Below, one piece after another: positions 34,515 through 45,966 of a stretch of DNA of 45,966 nucleotides. The notes under the pieces are model-generated. The model was given only the letters and a program-made list of their open reading frames with translations. It was not told where the DNA came from and ran no database searches. A program made the translations under genes and the position numbers. Source of the stretch: Nemertoderma westbladi (lineage: Eukaryota; Animalia; Xenacoelomorpha); assembly GCA_032718475.1 (NCBI GenBank), contig JAUCBJ010008900.1, positions 1 through 45,966 of the forward strand, written 5' to 3'. How positions within the stretch are numbered: position 1 is the first letter of the stretch; each line of letters opens with the position of its first letter.

Positions 34515-37500
34515 ATTGCCCCGTTATTTTTATTATCTTTTACATTAAAATACTCTGTAGTTGATTTAATAAGTGTAAGAGACCGTATTATTGCTGTATC
34601 GGTGTTTTTAGAGGATCTAAGATCTATTTCCTCCGTATGTGTACTGTGAAAGGCATATTTTATGATTCTATGGCAATTCGTGACGCAAAAGGGTGATAGC
34701 TACTCTTGAACAGTAGTTACTATGACTACGGTTAACAGCTGACATTCATACGTGTTGATTTCCTTTGTTCTACGGCGTCTCTCAGTTCAGTCAGCCAATT
34801 AGAGCGTTTTTGTGGCTCCTTGTACAGAAAATTTCCGAGAAATGACGCAATGCCTATGTGCAGTGTTTACATTCAGTCCTGAGCCTAAGAAAGAACGGCT
34901 TGGAAGTATTTTGTGCTTTACTGTTTTTTAGTCTTACACTAGTAGGTTTAATTATAAAGGGCATATATCCTTTAACTACCTAACGACCCTGCTGACTGAT
35001 CATACATGCTGACTGCTGAAACATTGCAAACTCGTAACAATCAGTGTTCAGTTGTTGTTTTATACTGCTATTTACTGTCAGTTCTTCATAATATGGTTGA
35101 TGAATTATTATATTTGGAATAACGATAAATAACCCCGAAACCCAATATTCTTGATATACCGAAGGTAAGAGAGAAAGGTTACCAATAACGATTGTGACTT
35201 ATGTTGAAGTGGTTTGAAGTGAATCTAATGTTATTTGATAGACCCTACATGAGTCAGCCTGTGTTCCTTTTATATGTGACTAAAATCAGTGAAGATTGGC
35301 AGATTAGTGTGCAGTATTGTGCAGCATTGTGTATGAGTGAGTCTGTTAAAGAAGCAATTCCTAAAGAATGCGCCATATATGTGAATTATAATTAAGCCAT
35401 ATCGTTGTGAGTAGTTTAAGTCATAACTCTGTTTATATAGATAAAGCGCCACGTCCTAAAGGAACTGTTAATATTCCCGAAAGTGAATAATATTGTCAGA
35501 GATTATATAATACTGTCAGTCGAATAATACATTAGGCTTACATAGCAATAAAATTAAACCGTCGAACCCAATCTCCCGGGAATCTCCAGCGGGTGAATGG
35601 TCGCGCACGGATTGGTTTCGACTAGTGTAGTGAATCAAATACTTGTCATAGACTAAAAAACCGATTTAATATCTAGAAGACATCTTAATTTGGTGGGTTA
35701 AACTGCCAAAGGTCTGAAAGCGCGAACATTAAAGGATATTGCTTCTTTATTGCAGTAAGCAATAAAGTCGAAAGTATCGGTCGACCGGTAACCAGTAGGC
35801 CTGACTGCCTGATCATCCGGACCGGTACCTACTTCCGTATAAGTACACTAGTATTATTCGATTTGATTATATATGCCGGTAGGTCTTAATAATTAATCGG
35901 GGACGCCTGGTTTTTATTGGGATTTTACTTAGGCCTATTTCTGTCAGTTTTATTTATTTGTAGGCCAGTATTGAGCAGAAGGCGTGTAAGCCTGATCAGA
36001 TTGTGCAGACAATTTGTAGGTTGAACTGTTGTCTGATTGCTGTTAGGTCTGAACGGATTGCAGTGTGTGTAGATCACCTGTCCGATAAAGAACGGTTAGG
36101 AAGTAGGGGCAGCGAATGCTGTAAGGTAAACCCCCAACTAAAGAATAAGTCGTACTACTGGGTTAGAACGCATACTACCTAATTATTTCGGAGTCTGCAT
36201 GTCCTGTAGTTTATTTAGGCTTGAGAGTAGTCTGCCATCGTTGAGTCTGTACTTTGTTTGTGTAAGTCTGTACGGGTAGCGTATAATATTTATTTAGATA
36301 ATTTGTAGGCTGGATAGTTGTCTGGCTGTTATTAGGTCTGAACGGATTGCAGCGTGTGTAGATCACTTGTCCGATAAAGAACGGTTAGGAAGTAGGGGCA
36401 GCGAATGCTGTAAGGTAAACCCCCAACTAAAGAATAAGTCGTACTACTGGGTTAGAACGCATACTACCTAATTATTTCGGAGTCTGCATATACCGTAGTT
36501 TGTTTAGGCTTGATAGTAGTCTGTCAGTGTTCGGTCTGCATTTTGTTTGAGTAGTTTGTACGCGTAGCGTAATATTTATTATTCAGAGTTTATGCGATTA
36601 TTCGCAACATTCATTCCCCAAGTTTGTTCCTACAATAATTGTGTTTGTTATACATACCGCTATAGTTAAATTAACCCCGGTACTACACGGGCTGCTTGGC
36701 GTAGGTAAAGACTGGTGATTTTGTGCATCGGTCACTCCAGCAGATGCCGTGGTTCTTTTAGCTGTTCAAGTATATTTAACTACTGATTATATGTTGTACA
36801 AGTACTCGTACCTAATTTAGGGTTTAGTGTACAGTACTTTCCGAAGTAATTAGTGTAGACATTATATTTGTGTTGTAAAGTGGTAGATAGGCACTTTCGA
36901 TTAGCTCTATTAACTTCTAGGTGGGAACACTCCGTGATACATAACGTAGTACCTGTAGCGATACGGCTATAGGTCGTCAGGCGGTGGTATTTTCCTATCT
37001 GGACAACGCAGTGTACTTACTACTACTTATTATTTCAAATACCGTAGTACCCTGTCAGTTGTAATAACCAGATTTCTAACCCTTTGTTAGGCTGGTTTGT
37101 AGACTTCTTGTAAAATTACCCTAAAAATTCGCATTTTGTGTTTTTTGTAAATTTTTGTGTTTATTTAGAGATTGTAATCTCACCCGAATTGTACGTAATT
37201 TGTAGTATTAAGTAACTTAGGTAAATTAGAATTATTTGTTTTAGTGTCCTATAAGTAACACTTCACTGAAAGCGCACCGCTTTGTGTAGTGATTACTCCC
37301 CAGAAATAATAACATTTATTTCAAATATTGACAAAACCCATTAAAACGGGTATATATATATTATAAATCAAATCTAACGATTTATAAATAGTAGGCCTAC
37401 CATACAACCATTAGGTCTCCATATCAGTTGGTCTACTGCTCAAATAGCGGTAATAAAGTAAGTAAAGTAACCAAGTAACCCTAAAATTCAGAAATTCAAT

Positions 37501-40500
37501 TATTTAAAATAATTGATATACCGGTATTTACGATAGGCCTATTATCTTTATTTCTATAAATTTAGGCTGAAATTATACCGGTACTTGTAATTAATTCTAG
37601 TCCAGAATTATATATACTACAAACTGTAAGCTGTATACCGGTATTCCCGATAGGCCTATTATATATTTATATATATTTGTGCTAAAATTATACCGGTATT
37701 CTGTGATAAACCTAGTCTGTAATAATACTTATATAGTTATATATACCATAAGCATACCGGTGTTCTAATATATTATATATATATCCTACTACACTGAGTA
37801 GCAGTATCGGTAATTAATTACTAGGCTAGCAGTTAATACTGAGTTACTAGACTTGCTCAGACTGTAATACAGCAGTAGACATTCAACGGTATACGTAGAC
37901 ATGTCTGATACTAAGCAGAACCTGTCAGACAGTTTATTAGATGTAACTATCTGCGACTCAGATAGAGACGTAGAACCGTCTGGTCGTAAGTTCAGTTCAC
38001 CTCCCACTGTGAGGAAGGTCATCCCTCCAGTAGTAGTAAAAGAACCTAGGCTGGTCCAACATCGTAGGTCTATCATAGGCACTCGAGCTCAGGTCAAGCG
38101 GGATCAAGAAGCAGCGGAACAGCAACAACCCGCGAGCCAAGAACTTATTTCTCAGCGGCCCGACAGCTCCAGTAGTGAAGATACGGTAGAACTGACACCC
38201 GAACGTGGAGCAAGGATGACGGATGAGGCTTATTCAGATCCCCTTCTCATCCTTCCTGCAGCCGTACTCACTAGGTTATTGATCGCTGTGGAAGAACACC
38301 AGATCGATTGGGCGAGAAGCCAGCGTTCAACTAGAGATAGTTATGCTGGATACACAAGGGAAGAACTGAAGTCCATGGTCGAGTCGCAATGGAACTTCCC
38401 CGGACCCGGACTCCTGTTTGATTTATCCGAAGCTGCCTGGGAAGACATACACCGGATGGGAGTAGCCAAGGAAACCATCGATCCAGCTGTGTGGAAGAGG
38501 TCCGCAGCCGGATACGCAAAGGGATTCTTCAGCTCTATGGAGCGAGTAGAAAAACAACTTTTACAACAACCTCAAGGACCTCAAGAGCAGGGACAGCTGC
38601 TTTATCAAGTAAGAGAAAGAATTCTACGAATCAGGTTAATATTATCGGCCTTTGAGGAGGCTTCTAAACGAAGACAAGACACGTCGTTGCAAGTTGCCGT
38701 AAAGACTTGGTTTCAACGGGTGAGTCTCCAGGTTCAAGGAACAGCTCAGTGGAAAGCTCAGCTGGAGGAGCGCTCAACCCATGGAGAATCAACAGACGCT
38801 ACTTTTTCCCAAGTGGAAAGTGAAGCGATGGCAGAGAAACCGCATAAGAGGGATGCCATTGACATCTATCTGTCAGACTATCAGCGTTTTTTGGGAGATG
38901 AAGAGTTGAGGAGAAGGCTAGATGGACTTAGCCCTAATAGTGAAGGAGCCCAGCGTGTGTTGGACGCAATTGATGTGGATAGGTTAGCGGCGAACCAAGC
39001 TAAATTCGATGAACAACTCCGCATCGCTAGAGACCAAGAAGAAAGGGTGAAGAAAAAACGCATAGAAGACAGAAAGAAAGCAGCAGTAGCAGCTGCAGAA
39101 GCCGAAAGGAAAGCAGCCGAAGAGGAAAGTAAAGCAGCCGAAATGGAAAGAAAAGCGGCAGCTGCAGCGGCAGAGGCAGAAGCAGAAGCGAAAAGAAAAG
39201 CGGCAGCGGCAGAGGCAGAAGTGAAAAGAAAAGCAGCTGAAATGGAAAGAAAAGCGGCAATGGCAGCGGCAGAAGCAGAACGGATAGCGGCTGAAGAGAT
39301 CGCCCAATTAGAATTGGAAAATATTCAGGAGAATCAAGACTGCATAAATAAACAGTTAACAGCTAGTAATATGCAGATGATGAATCGATCTACTCCCAAA
39401 AGACAGGGATATACATCATCTGAGGAAGGCGATACCACCGATACTGAAGGCAAAAGAAATAGATCTCACCTAAGCAGACGTAAAAGAACATTCCACCGTC
39501 AGAAATTGCCTGATTTGCCTCCAGCTGTTAGAAGGCAACTAAATAACACCAACTTAGGTAGTACAGAACCCACAGACCAAATAATTACAATAGAAAGACT
39601 CCCTACTATAGTAGATGAGCCTGAAATAATTAGGCCTGTTCCCGAAGCCACCCTTTCGGTCGTAGAGACACCTGTACTCCCTGAACCTACCTCTCAATTC
39701 CCTTTGCACAGCACTAAGCTACCTGTGCCCAGTAGAACAGCCCATGAGACAGTTCAGGTCCTAGACTCCGAGCGAAATATTCATGATTTGTCGCCCGTCG
39801 TCCCTCGTCCGCCCGCTTCAACGTTGGCGAATCCCGCTTCGGCGGTTGAATGGGTGGATGAGAGACGACGGGGGATGGATCTCCTGCTCGGACAGATGCA
39901 GGAGACCGTTCAGCAATTCAAGGGCACAGTAAGGGAAAGTAGATTAGAGTTGCAAGAAGTGCAGCAAAGTATCGCGCTAGAATGCGATAAATTAGTAAAT
40001 ACACAAAAGGGTATACCAACACCCCCTGTAACAATGTGTCAACCTGTTAGGTCTGAAGTATTTCATGCGCAAGGTGTGGAGCCTACACGCATCTATACTG
40101 CTAGTGAAGTAGAAACTCCTATAGTAAACCCTATTCAGGGTAATTATAAACCTGTTGATAATAATATTCCACATAGACCTGATCATAATCCGAGAAATTT
40201 ATATACCGATAATTCTATATTCAATAATACGATGGCTCAAGAAAGTTTTACGCGTCAAATGGCTAGAACCGAAGCCCGTCAGGCGGTAAAGGTTGGAGAG
40301 ATCGTCAAGTTCAATGGAGATGAGATGAAATGGTTACCTTTTAATGAATATTACAAAGATAACATACAGAACTCTGTGCTATCTAATGGAGAGAAACTTA
40401 GATTCCTCATCGAGTGCTTGGAAGGATCTCCCAAGTTAATGGCGTTAAAGTTTATTGGACATCCAGACGGATTAAGACAAGTTTGGGATACACTAAACAT

Positions 40501-43447
40501 CAGGTATGGTAATAGGAATAACATAGCTGGGTATTTGTATGCAAAGTTGGTAGCGCCCCGAAAGTTTATTAGCAGCGGAATTATAGAGTTTTCCGATGAG
40601 ATTCAGGAGATCTGCAGACAATTCGATTGGCTAGGTAAGTCTCATGAGTATCAGAATGCTATGGTTATTAGAGCAGTGGCTTCTACTTTACCGAAGGGTG
40701 GAGTAGGTACACGCTGGGATAAGAAAGTGTTATATATGATGGAACAACAACGACGAGACCCTACCATGGCTGATCTCATGTCATTCCTAGATGGAGAAGT
40801 GAAATTACAGCTCCTGAAACTGTCCAGAGAGAAGACACCGGAAAACAAGGTAAGTGAAAAACCCGTCTCTAGGAGAAAGGTAACACCAGTGTGTTATAGA
40901 GACGACGGCAAAAGCCAGACTTCTCATGGAGAAGATAGCGGGAAAGACACTGACAGATCTTATTATGTCAATAAAATGCCTAAAGATCAGGTAAGTAAAT
41001 TCAAGTCTCGAACCAATGACAGGAGAGAACAGGTAAGAAAAACTCCTCCTACGTCTCCCAAGAGAATTCAGGTGAGAAAGCCCGAAGAAAAAACCAGTGT
41101 GCACAATGTTACGCACAATAAGGTAAGTAACATCAAACCGAAATGTGCGCTATGTGATGGGACCCATCGCTTGAATATGTGTGATGAATTCCTAAAGAAA
41201 TCATTAACTGATAAGCGGTTGTGTTATAATTGCCTCAGACAAGGACACCAACGGCGAACCTGTTACTCTGACACAAGATGTGCCAAGTGCGGTGCGAAAC
41301 ATCATATCTTGTTGCACACTGAATTCGAGCGAAATAGTCCGAGTCAGGTAAGTGATTCCGAATTACATGTCCAATTCAGTGATGTGAACGACACTGATCA
41401 ATCTGAGATGGAAGGATTCTATACGGACGAGTTCTCCGATGAAAACGAATCCTGTTACACGATAAATACCACAGTGTATCGAGCACTCACTTATGAAAAA
41501 GATACAGACATTGACCTCGCTCTAACTACTTCTGATCGACAACCATCTTGGAAAGCGCCAACTTCCAATGTAGGGATTAGAGAATTTCCTGTGGTACAGG
41601 TAAGGGTCCACGGACCAAAAAGGAGTTATGTAGTGAACGCCCTCCTTGACTCCGGTAGTACAGGAACATTCATCGACAAAGAGCTAGCCGAAGACATATT
41701 CGCTGGACAACCCAAGTTCCGAACTAAGCTAAACATGTCAGGAATTATGCAAGTTTGGAAATCTACAGTAACAGCGGATTATTATGTAGGTGCGTTGTCC
41801 ACCCCCCAGGATGAACTAGGAGAACATAACATAAGGTCAGTGAAAATGGTGGCTATAAAGAACTTCGCTACTACTCAAGCAGACCTTTATAATTGGGACG
41901 AGGATGAGAGCATCCAACATCTTAAGATACCTCGATTCCAGACTGATTATCCTGGAGTGCAAATACTCATCGGCCAAAACGCGCATGAGGCGCTCGAGAC
42001 ACTGGAGAAATGGCCTGCTCAACCGCAGCCACTACAAACCTATGCGGTAAGAACTAGAGTAGGTTGGTACTTTACTGGCCCTTCCCGTAGAACTCTCATG
42101 GAAAGATTACCGAAAGATCAGGTATATCAAGTGCGAGAATGGGAAGTTGAGAACAGTGAGTTCGACGATCCAACTGAGGGAACTCCATACTCCTCAGACA
42201 ACGACGATATACATCAACTCTTCGATGAGGAGAATGCCATCGATCTCCTTAAGGAAAGCGAGACTTGGCAAAATCAAGTGAACTTATGCCAACTCCTTCT
42301 CCCATCCGAGCGAGACGACTATAACGACGAGCTTAATGACGTCATTGAACGTTATAATGCCAAGACTCGGGATGAACACGCCGTAAGATTCTTTACTCAA
42401 GAGGTTGTAGAGCCCAACTCCTACGATAAGGACCTATCGGTGGAGGAAGAAAGAGCCAAGCAGATCCAAGCGACAACTACTCGTTTTCTTAAAGATCAAG
42501 GTAGATATGAGATCGGTCTTCCTTTCCGAAAGCGAGAACCAAAGTTCATTAACAACAGACCTTTGGCGGAGAAAAGAATTGCTCAACTACATCGACGCCT
42601 TACGGCAAATTCTTCAGCTAAAGAAATGTATCAAACGCAGTTGAAGAAGTTTATTAGCAAGGGATATGCGGAGCTAGTACCGGAAGAAACACCTATAACT
42701 GAGAGAACGTATTATTTAACTCACCATTACGTTCCCAAACCCGGTAAACCCCATGAAGTACGAGTGGTGTTTGACGGTTCCGCCCTTTATATGGGCCAAT
42801 CTCTTAATTCTGAATTGTTACCCGGACCCAACTTACTCCAATCCTTGTTGGGAATACTATTAAGATTAAGACAATATTCCATTGCTTTCGCCTCAGATAT
42901 AGAAGGCATGTTCTTACAAGTCAAAGCGCTGGATAGGGATCGAGATAGTCTACGATTTTTGTGGTGGCCCGAAGGAGACCTCAATAAGAAACCGGTGGAG
43001 TACTGGATGACCATCCAAGCTTTTGGGATAATCTCGAGCCCTTCAAACGCCTGTTCCGTGGTGCGCACTACTGCGGATGACAACAGAGACGCCTTCTCTA
43101 AAGAGGTGATCGACAATATCAAACGAGACATCTACATGGATGATAATCTGAAGTCCCTTCCATCAGTCGAAGAAGCCATTGAGGTCGCTAAAGGAACGGT
43201 AGAATGCTTAAAGAAAGGTGGATTTCGATTAACTAAATTCACCAGCAACTCCCGTGAGTTTCTGGAGTCGATCCCGGTAGAAGATCGAGGAACAAAGGAC
43301 CTAGATCTAATAAAGGATGATCTCCCAGAAGCTAAGACCCTTGGTTTGAAATGGGACACAGAAAGAGATATCCTGTTTTTCCAACTAAAACAGCGAGATA
43401 ATCCAGTTCGGACTAAACGGATATGTTTAAGTATCCTGAGCACTTAT
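34497..43447 (+). mobile_element. BEL/Pao LTR retrotransposon copy 2 (subfamily B LTR, leader and 5' gag; 3' part nearly identical to copy 1)
   Basis: 8951-bp unit from TGTAAAAGCC (34497) to the identical junction acttat|TGTAAAAGCC (43448). Confidence 0.93.
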
Positions 43448-43465
43448 TGTAAAAGCCTTTGCTGA
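37901..43465 (+). CDS. BEL/Pao Gag-protease-RT polyprotein (1854 aa), truncated before RNase H/integrase
   Basis: Same motifs and same truncation point as 28950-34514. Confidence 0.95.
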   Translation: MSDTKQNLSDSLLDVTICDSDRDVEPSGRKFSSPPTVRKVIPPVVVKEPRLVQHRRSIIGTRAQVKRDQEAAEQQQPASQELISQRPDSSSSEDTVELTPERGARMTDEAYSDPLLILPAAVLTRLLIAVEEHQIDWARSQRSTRDSYAGYTREELKSMVESQWNFPGPGLLFDLSEAAWEDIHRMGVAKETIDPAVWKRSAAGYAKGFFSSMERVEKQLLQQPQGPQEQGQLLYQVRERILRIRLILSAFEEASKRRQDTSLQVAVKTWFQRVSLQVQGTAQWKAQLEERSTHGESTDATFSQVESEAMAEKPHKRDAIDIYLSDYQRFLGDEELRRRLDGLSPNSEGAQRVLDAIDVDRLAANQAKFDEQLRIARDQEERVKKKRIEDRKKAAVAAAEAERKAAEEESKAAEMERKAAAAAAEAEAEAKRKAAAAEAEVKRKAAEMERKAAMAAAEAERIAAEEIAQLELENIQENQDCINKQLTASNMQMMNRSTPKRQGYTSSEEGDTTDTEGKRNRSHLSRRKRTFHRQKLPDLPPAVRRQLNNTNLGSTEPTDQIITIERLPTIVDEPEIIRPVPEATLSVVETPVLPEPTSQFPLHSTKLPVPSRTAHETVQVLDSERNIHDLSPVVPRPPASTLANPASAVEWVDERRRGMDLLLGQMQETVQQFKGTVRESRLELQEVQQSIALECDKLVNTQKGIPTPPVTMCQPVRSEVFHAQGVEPTRIYTASEVETPIVNPIQGNYKPVDNNIPHRPDHNPRNLYTDNSIFNNTMAQESFTRQMARTEARQAVKVGEIVKFNGDEMKWLPFNEYYKDNIQNSVLSNGEKLRFLIECLEGSPKLMALKFIGHPDGLRQVWDTLNIRYGNRNNIAGYLYAKLVAPRKFISSGIIEFSDEIQEICRQFDWLGKSHEYQNAMVIRAVASTLPKGGVGTRWDKKVLYMMEQQRRDPTMADLMSFLDGEVKLQLLKLSREKTPENKVSEKPVSRRKVTPVCYRDDGKSQTSHGEDSGKDTDRSYYVNKMPKDQVSKFKSRTNDRREQVRKTPPTSPKRIQVRKPEEKTSVHNVTHNKVSNIKPKCALCDGTHRLNMCDEFLKKSLTDKRLCYNCLRQGHQRRTCYSDTRCAKCGAKHHILLHTEFERNSPSQVSDSELHVQFSDVNDTDQSEMEGFYTDEFSDENESCYTINTTVYRALTYEKDTDIDLALTTSDRQPSWKAPTSNVGIREFPVVQVRVHGPKRSYVVNALLDSGSTGTFIDKELAEDIFAGQPKFRTKLNMSGIMQVWKSTVTADYYVGALSTPQDELGEHNIRSVKMVAIKNFATTQADLYNWDEDESIQHLKIPRFQTDYPGVQILIGQNAHEALETLEKWPAQPQPLQTYAVRTRVGWYFTGPSRRTLMERLPKDQVYQVREWEVENSEFDDPTEGTPYSSDNDDIHQLFDEENAIDLLKESETWQNQVNLCQLLLPSERDDYNDELNDVIERYNAKTRDEHAVRFFTQEVVEPNSYDKDLSVEEERAKQIQATTTRFLKDQGRYEIGLPFRKREPKFINNRPLAEKRIAQLHRRLTANSSAKEMYQTQLKKFISKGYAELVPEETPITERTYYLTHHYVPKPGKPHEVRVVFDGSALYMGQSLNSELLPGPNLLQSLLGILLRLRQYSIAFASDIEGMFLQVKALDRDRDSLRFLWWPEGDLNKKPVEYWMTIQAFGIISSPSNACSVVRTTADDNRDAFSKEVIDNIKRDIYMDDNLKSLPSVEEAIEVAKGTVECLKKGGFRLTKFTSNSREFLESIPVEDRGTKDLDLIKDDLPEAKTLGLKWDTERDILFFQLKQRDNPVRTKRICLSILSTYCKSLC

Positions 43466-45966
43466 ATTGCCCCGTTATTTTTATTATCTTTTACATTAAA
43501 ATACTCTGTAGTTGATTTAATAAGTGTAAGAGACCGTATTATTGCTGTATCGGTGTTTTTAGAGGATCTAAGATCTATTTCCTCCGTATGTGTACTGTGA
43601 AAGGCATATTTTATGATTCTATGGCAATTCGTGACGCAAAAGGGTGATAGCTACTCTTGAACAGTAGTTACTATGACTACGGTTAACAGCTGACATTCAT
43701 ACGTGTTGATTTCCTTTGTTCTACGGCGTCTCTCAGTTCAGTCAGCCAATTAGAGCGTTTTTGTGGCTCCTTGTACAGAAAATTTCCGAGAAATGACGCA
43801 ATGCCTATGTGCAGTGTTTACATTCAGTCCTGAGCCTAAGAAAGAACGGCTTGGAAGTATTTTGTGCTTTACTGTTTTTTAGTCTTACACTAGTAGGTTT
43901 AATTATAAAGGGCATATATCCTTTAACTACCTAACGACCCTGCTGACTGATCATACATGCTGACTGCTGAAACATTGCAAACTCGTAACAATCAGTGTTC
44001 AGTTGTTGTTTTATACTGCTATTTACTGTCAGTTCTTCATAATATGGTTGATGAATTATTATATTTGGAATAACGATAAATAACCCCGAAACCCAATATT
44101 CTTGATATACCGAAGGTAAGAGAGAAAGGTTACCAATAACGATTGTGACTTATGTTGAAGTGGTTTGAAGTGAATCTAATGTTATTTGATAGACCCTACA
44201 TGAGTCAGCCTGTGTTCCTTTTATATGTGACTAAAATCAGTGAAGATTGGCAGATTAGTGTGCAGTATTGTGCAGCATTGTGTATGAGTGAGTCTGTTAA
44301 AGAAGCAATTCCTAAAGAATGCGCCATATATGTGAATTATAATTAAGCCATATCGTTGTGAGTAGTTTAAGTCATAACTCTGTTTATATAGATAAAGCGC
44401 CACGTCCTAAAGGAACTGTTAATATTCCCGAAAGTGAATAATATTGTCAGAGATTATATAATACTGTCAGTCGAATAATACATTAGGCTTACATAGCAAT
44501 AAAATTAAACCGTCGAACCCAATCTCCCGGGAATCTCCAGCGGGTGAATGGTCGCGCACGGATTGGTTTCGACTAGTGTAGTGAATCAAATACTTGTCAT
44601 AGACTAAAAAACCGATTTAATATCTAGAAGACATCTTAATTTGGTGGGTTAAACTGCCAAAGGTCTGAAAGCGCGAACATTAAAGGATATTGCTTCTTTA
44701 TTGCAGTAAGCAATAAAGTCGAAAGTATCGGTCGACCGGTAACCAGTAGGCCTGACTGCCTGATCATCCGGACCGGTACCTACTTCCGTATAAGTACACT
44801 AGTATTATTCGATTTGATTATATATGCCGGTAGGTCTTAATAATTAATCGGGGACGCCTGGTTTTTATTGGGATTTTACTTAGGCCTATTTCTGTCAGTT
44901 TTATTTATTTGTAGGCCAGTATTGAGCAGAAGGCGTGTAAGCCTGATCAGATTGTGCAGACAATTTGTAGGTTGAACTGTTGTCTGATTGCTGTTAGGTC
45001 TGAACGGATTGCAGTGTGTGTAGATCACCTGTCCGATAAAGAACGGTTAGGAAGTAGGGGCAGCGAATGCTGTAAGGTAAACCCCCAACTAAAGAATAAG
45101 TCGTACTACTGGGTTAGAACGCATACTACCTAATTATTTCGGAGTCTGCATGTCCTGTAGTTTATTTAGGCTTGAGAGTAGTCTGCCATCGTTGAGTCTG
45201 TACTTTGTTTGTGTAAGTCTGTACGGGTAGCGTATAATATTTATTTAGATAATTTGTAGGCTGGATAGTTGTCTGGCTGTTATTAGGTCTGAACGGATTG
45301 CAGCGTGTGTAGATCACTTGTCCGATAAAGAACGGTTAGGAAGTAGGGGCAGCGAATGCTGTAAGGTAAACCCCCAACTAAAGAATAAGTCGTACTACTG
45401 GGTTAGAACGCATACTACCTAATTATTTCGGAGTCTGCATATACCGTAGTTTGTTTAGGCTTGATAGTAGTCTGTCAGTGTTCGGTCTGCATTTTGTTTG
45501 AGTAGTTTGTACGCGTAGCGTAATATTTATTATTCAGAGTTTATGCGATTATTCGCAACATTCATTCCCCAAGTTTGTTCCTACAATAATTGTGTTTGTT
45601 ATACATACCGCTATAGTTAAATTAACCCCGGTACTACACGGGCTGCTTGGCGTAGGTAAAGACTGGTGATTTTGTGCATCGGTCACTCCAGCAGATGCCG
45701 TGGTTCTTTTAGCTGTTCAAGTATATTTAACTACTGATTATATGTTGTACAAGTACTCGTACCTAATTTAGGGTTTAGTGTACAGTACTTTCCGAAGTAA
45801 TTAGTGTAGACATTATATTTGTGTTGTAAAGTGGTAGATAGGCACTTTCGATTAGCTCTATTAACTTCTAGGTGGGAACACTCCGTGATACATAACGTAG
45901 TACCTGTAGCGATACGGCTATAGGTCGTCAGGCGGTGGTATTTTCCTATCTGGACAACGCAGTGTA
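43448..45966 (+). mobile_element. BEL/Pao copy 3: subfamily B LTR and leader (runs off the right edge)
   Basis: By eye identical to 34497-37015. Confidence 0.93.

Noticed and set aside
25512-35542. A single intact element with 5' LTR at 25512 and 3' LTR at 34497
   Set aside because: The two LTRs are strongly diverged although the ORF is undecayed. RNase H, integrase and PPT are missing, and the second LTR continues into another leader and gag.
28838-43443. Minus-strand short ORFs overlapping the polyproteins, and short ORFs in the LTR/leader
   Set aside because: Antisense shadows or chance ORFs with no motifs; duplicated only because the unit is duplicated.

Overview
AT-rich, repeat-dense eukaryotic DNA, probably from an invertebrate animal; the species cannot be determined from this window. 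(i) 1-15951 holds two arrays of a 54-bp satellite. They flank a 6.1-kb composite segment carrying 219-bp, 200/400-bp, 43-bp and AATAACC-type repeats, and that segment's two ends match the two halves of the 54-bp monomer. (ii) 17431-24343 on the minus strand holds the last two coding exons of a spliced beta-gamma-crystallin-domain gene. The last exon is absent from the ORF track. The 6.6-kb intron between them contains a TTAA-ended element, a solo-LTR-like element, an 84-bp palindrome and two nested DINE-1/HINE-like (Helentron-associated) elements, one with a (CTGT)n tract and a tRNA-Ser-derived pseudogene. (iii) 24943-45966, in the next intron upstream, holds the 3' end of a CR1/L2-group LINE interrupted by BEL/Pao LTR retrotransposons in a head-to-tail ~8.95-kb array. 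Both gag-protease-RT ORFs are open but are cut at the same nucleotide, before RNase H and integrase, by the start of the next LTR. Copy 2 is a mosaic of two subfamilies. No prokaryotic systems, CRISPR arrays or rRNA genes are seen, and most ORF-track entries are repeat or antisense artefacts.
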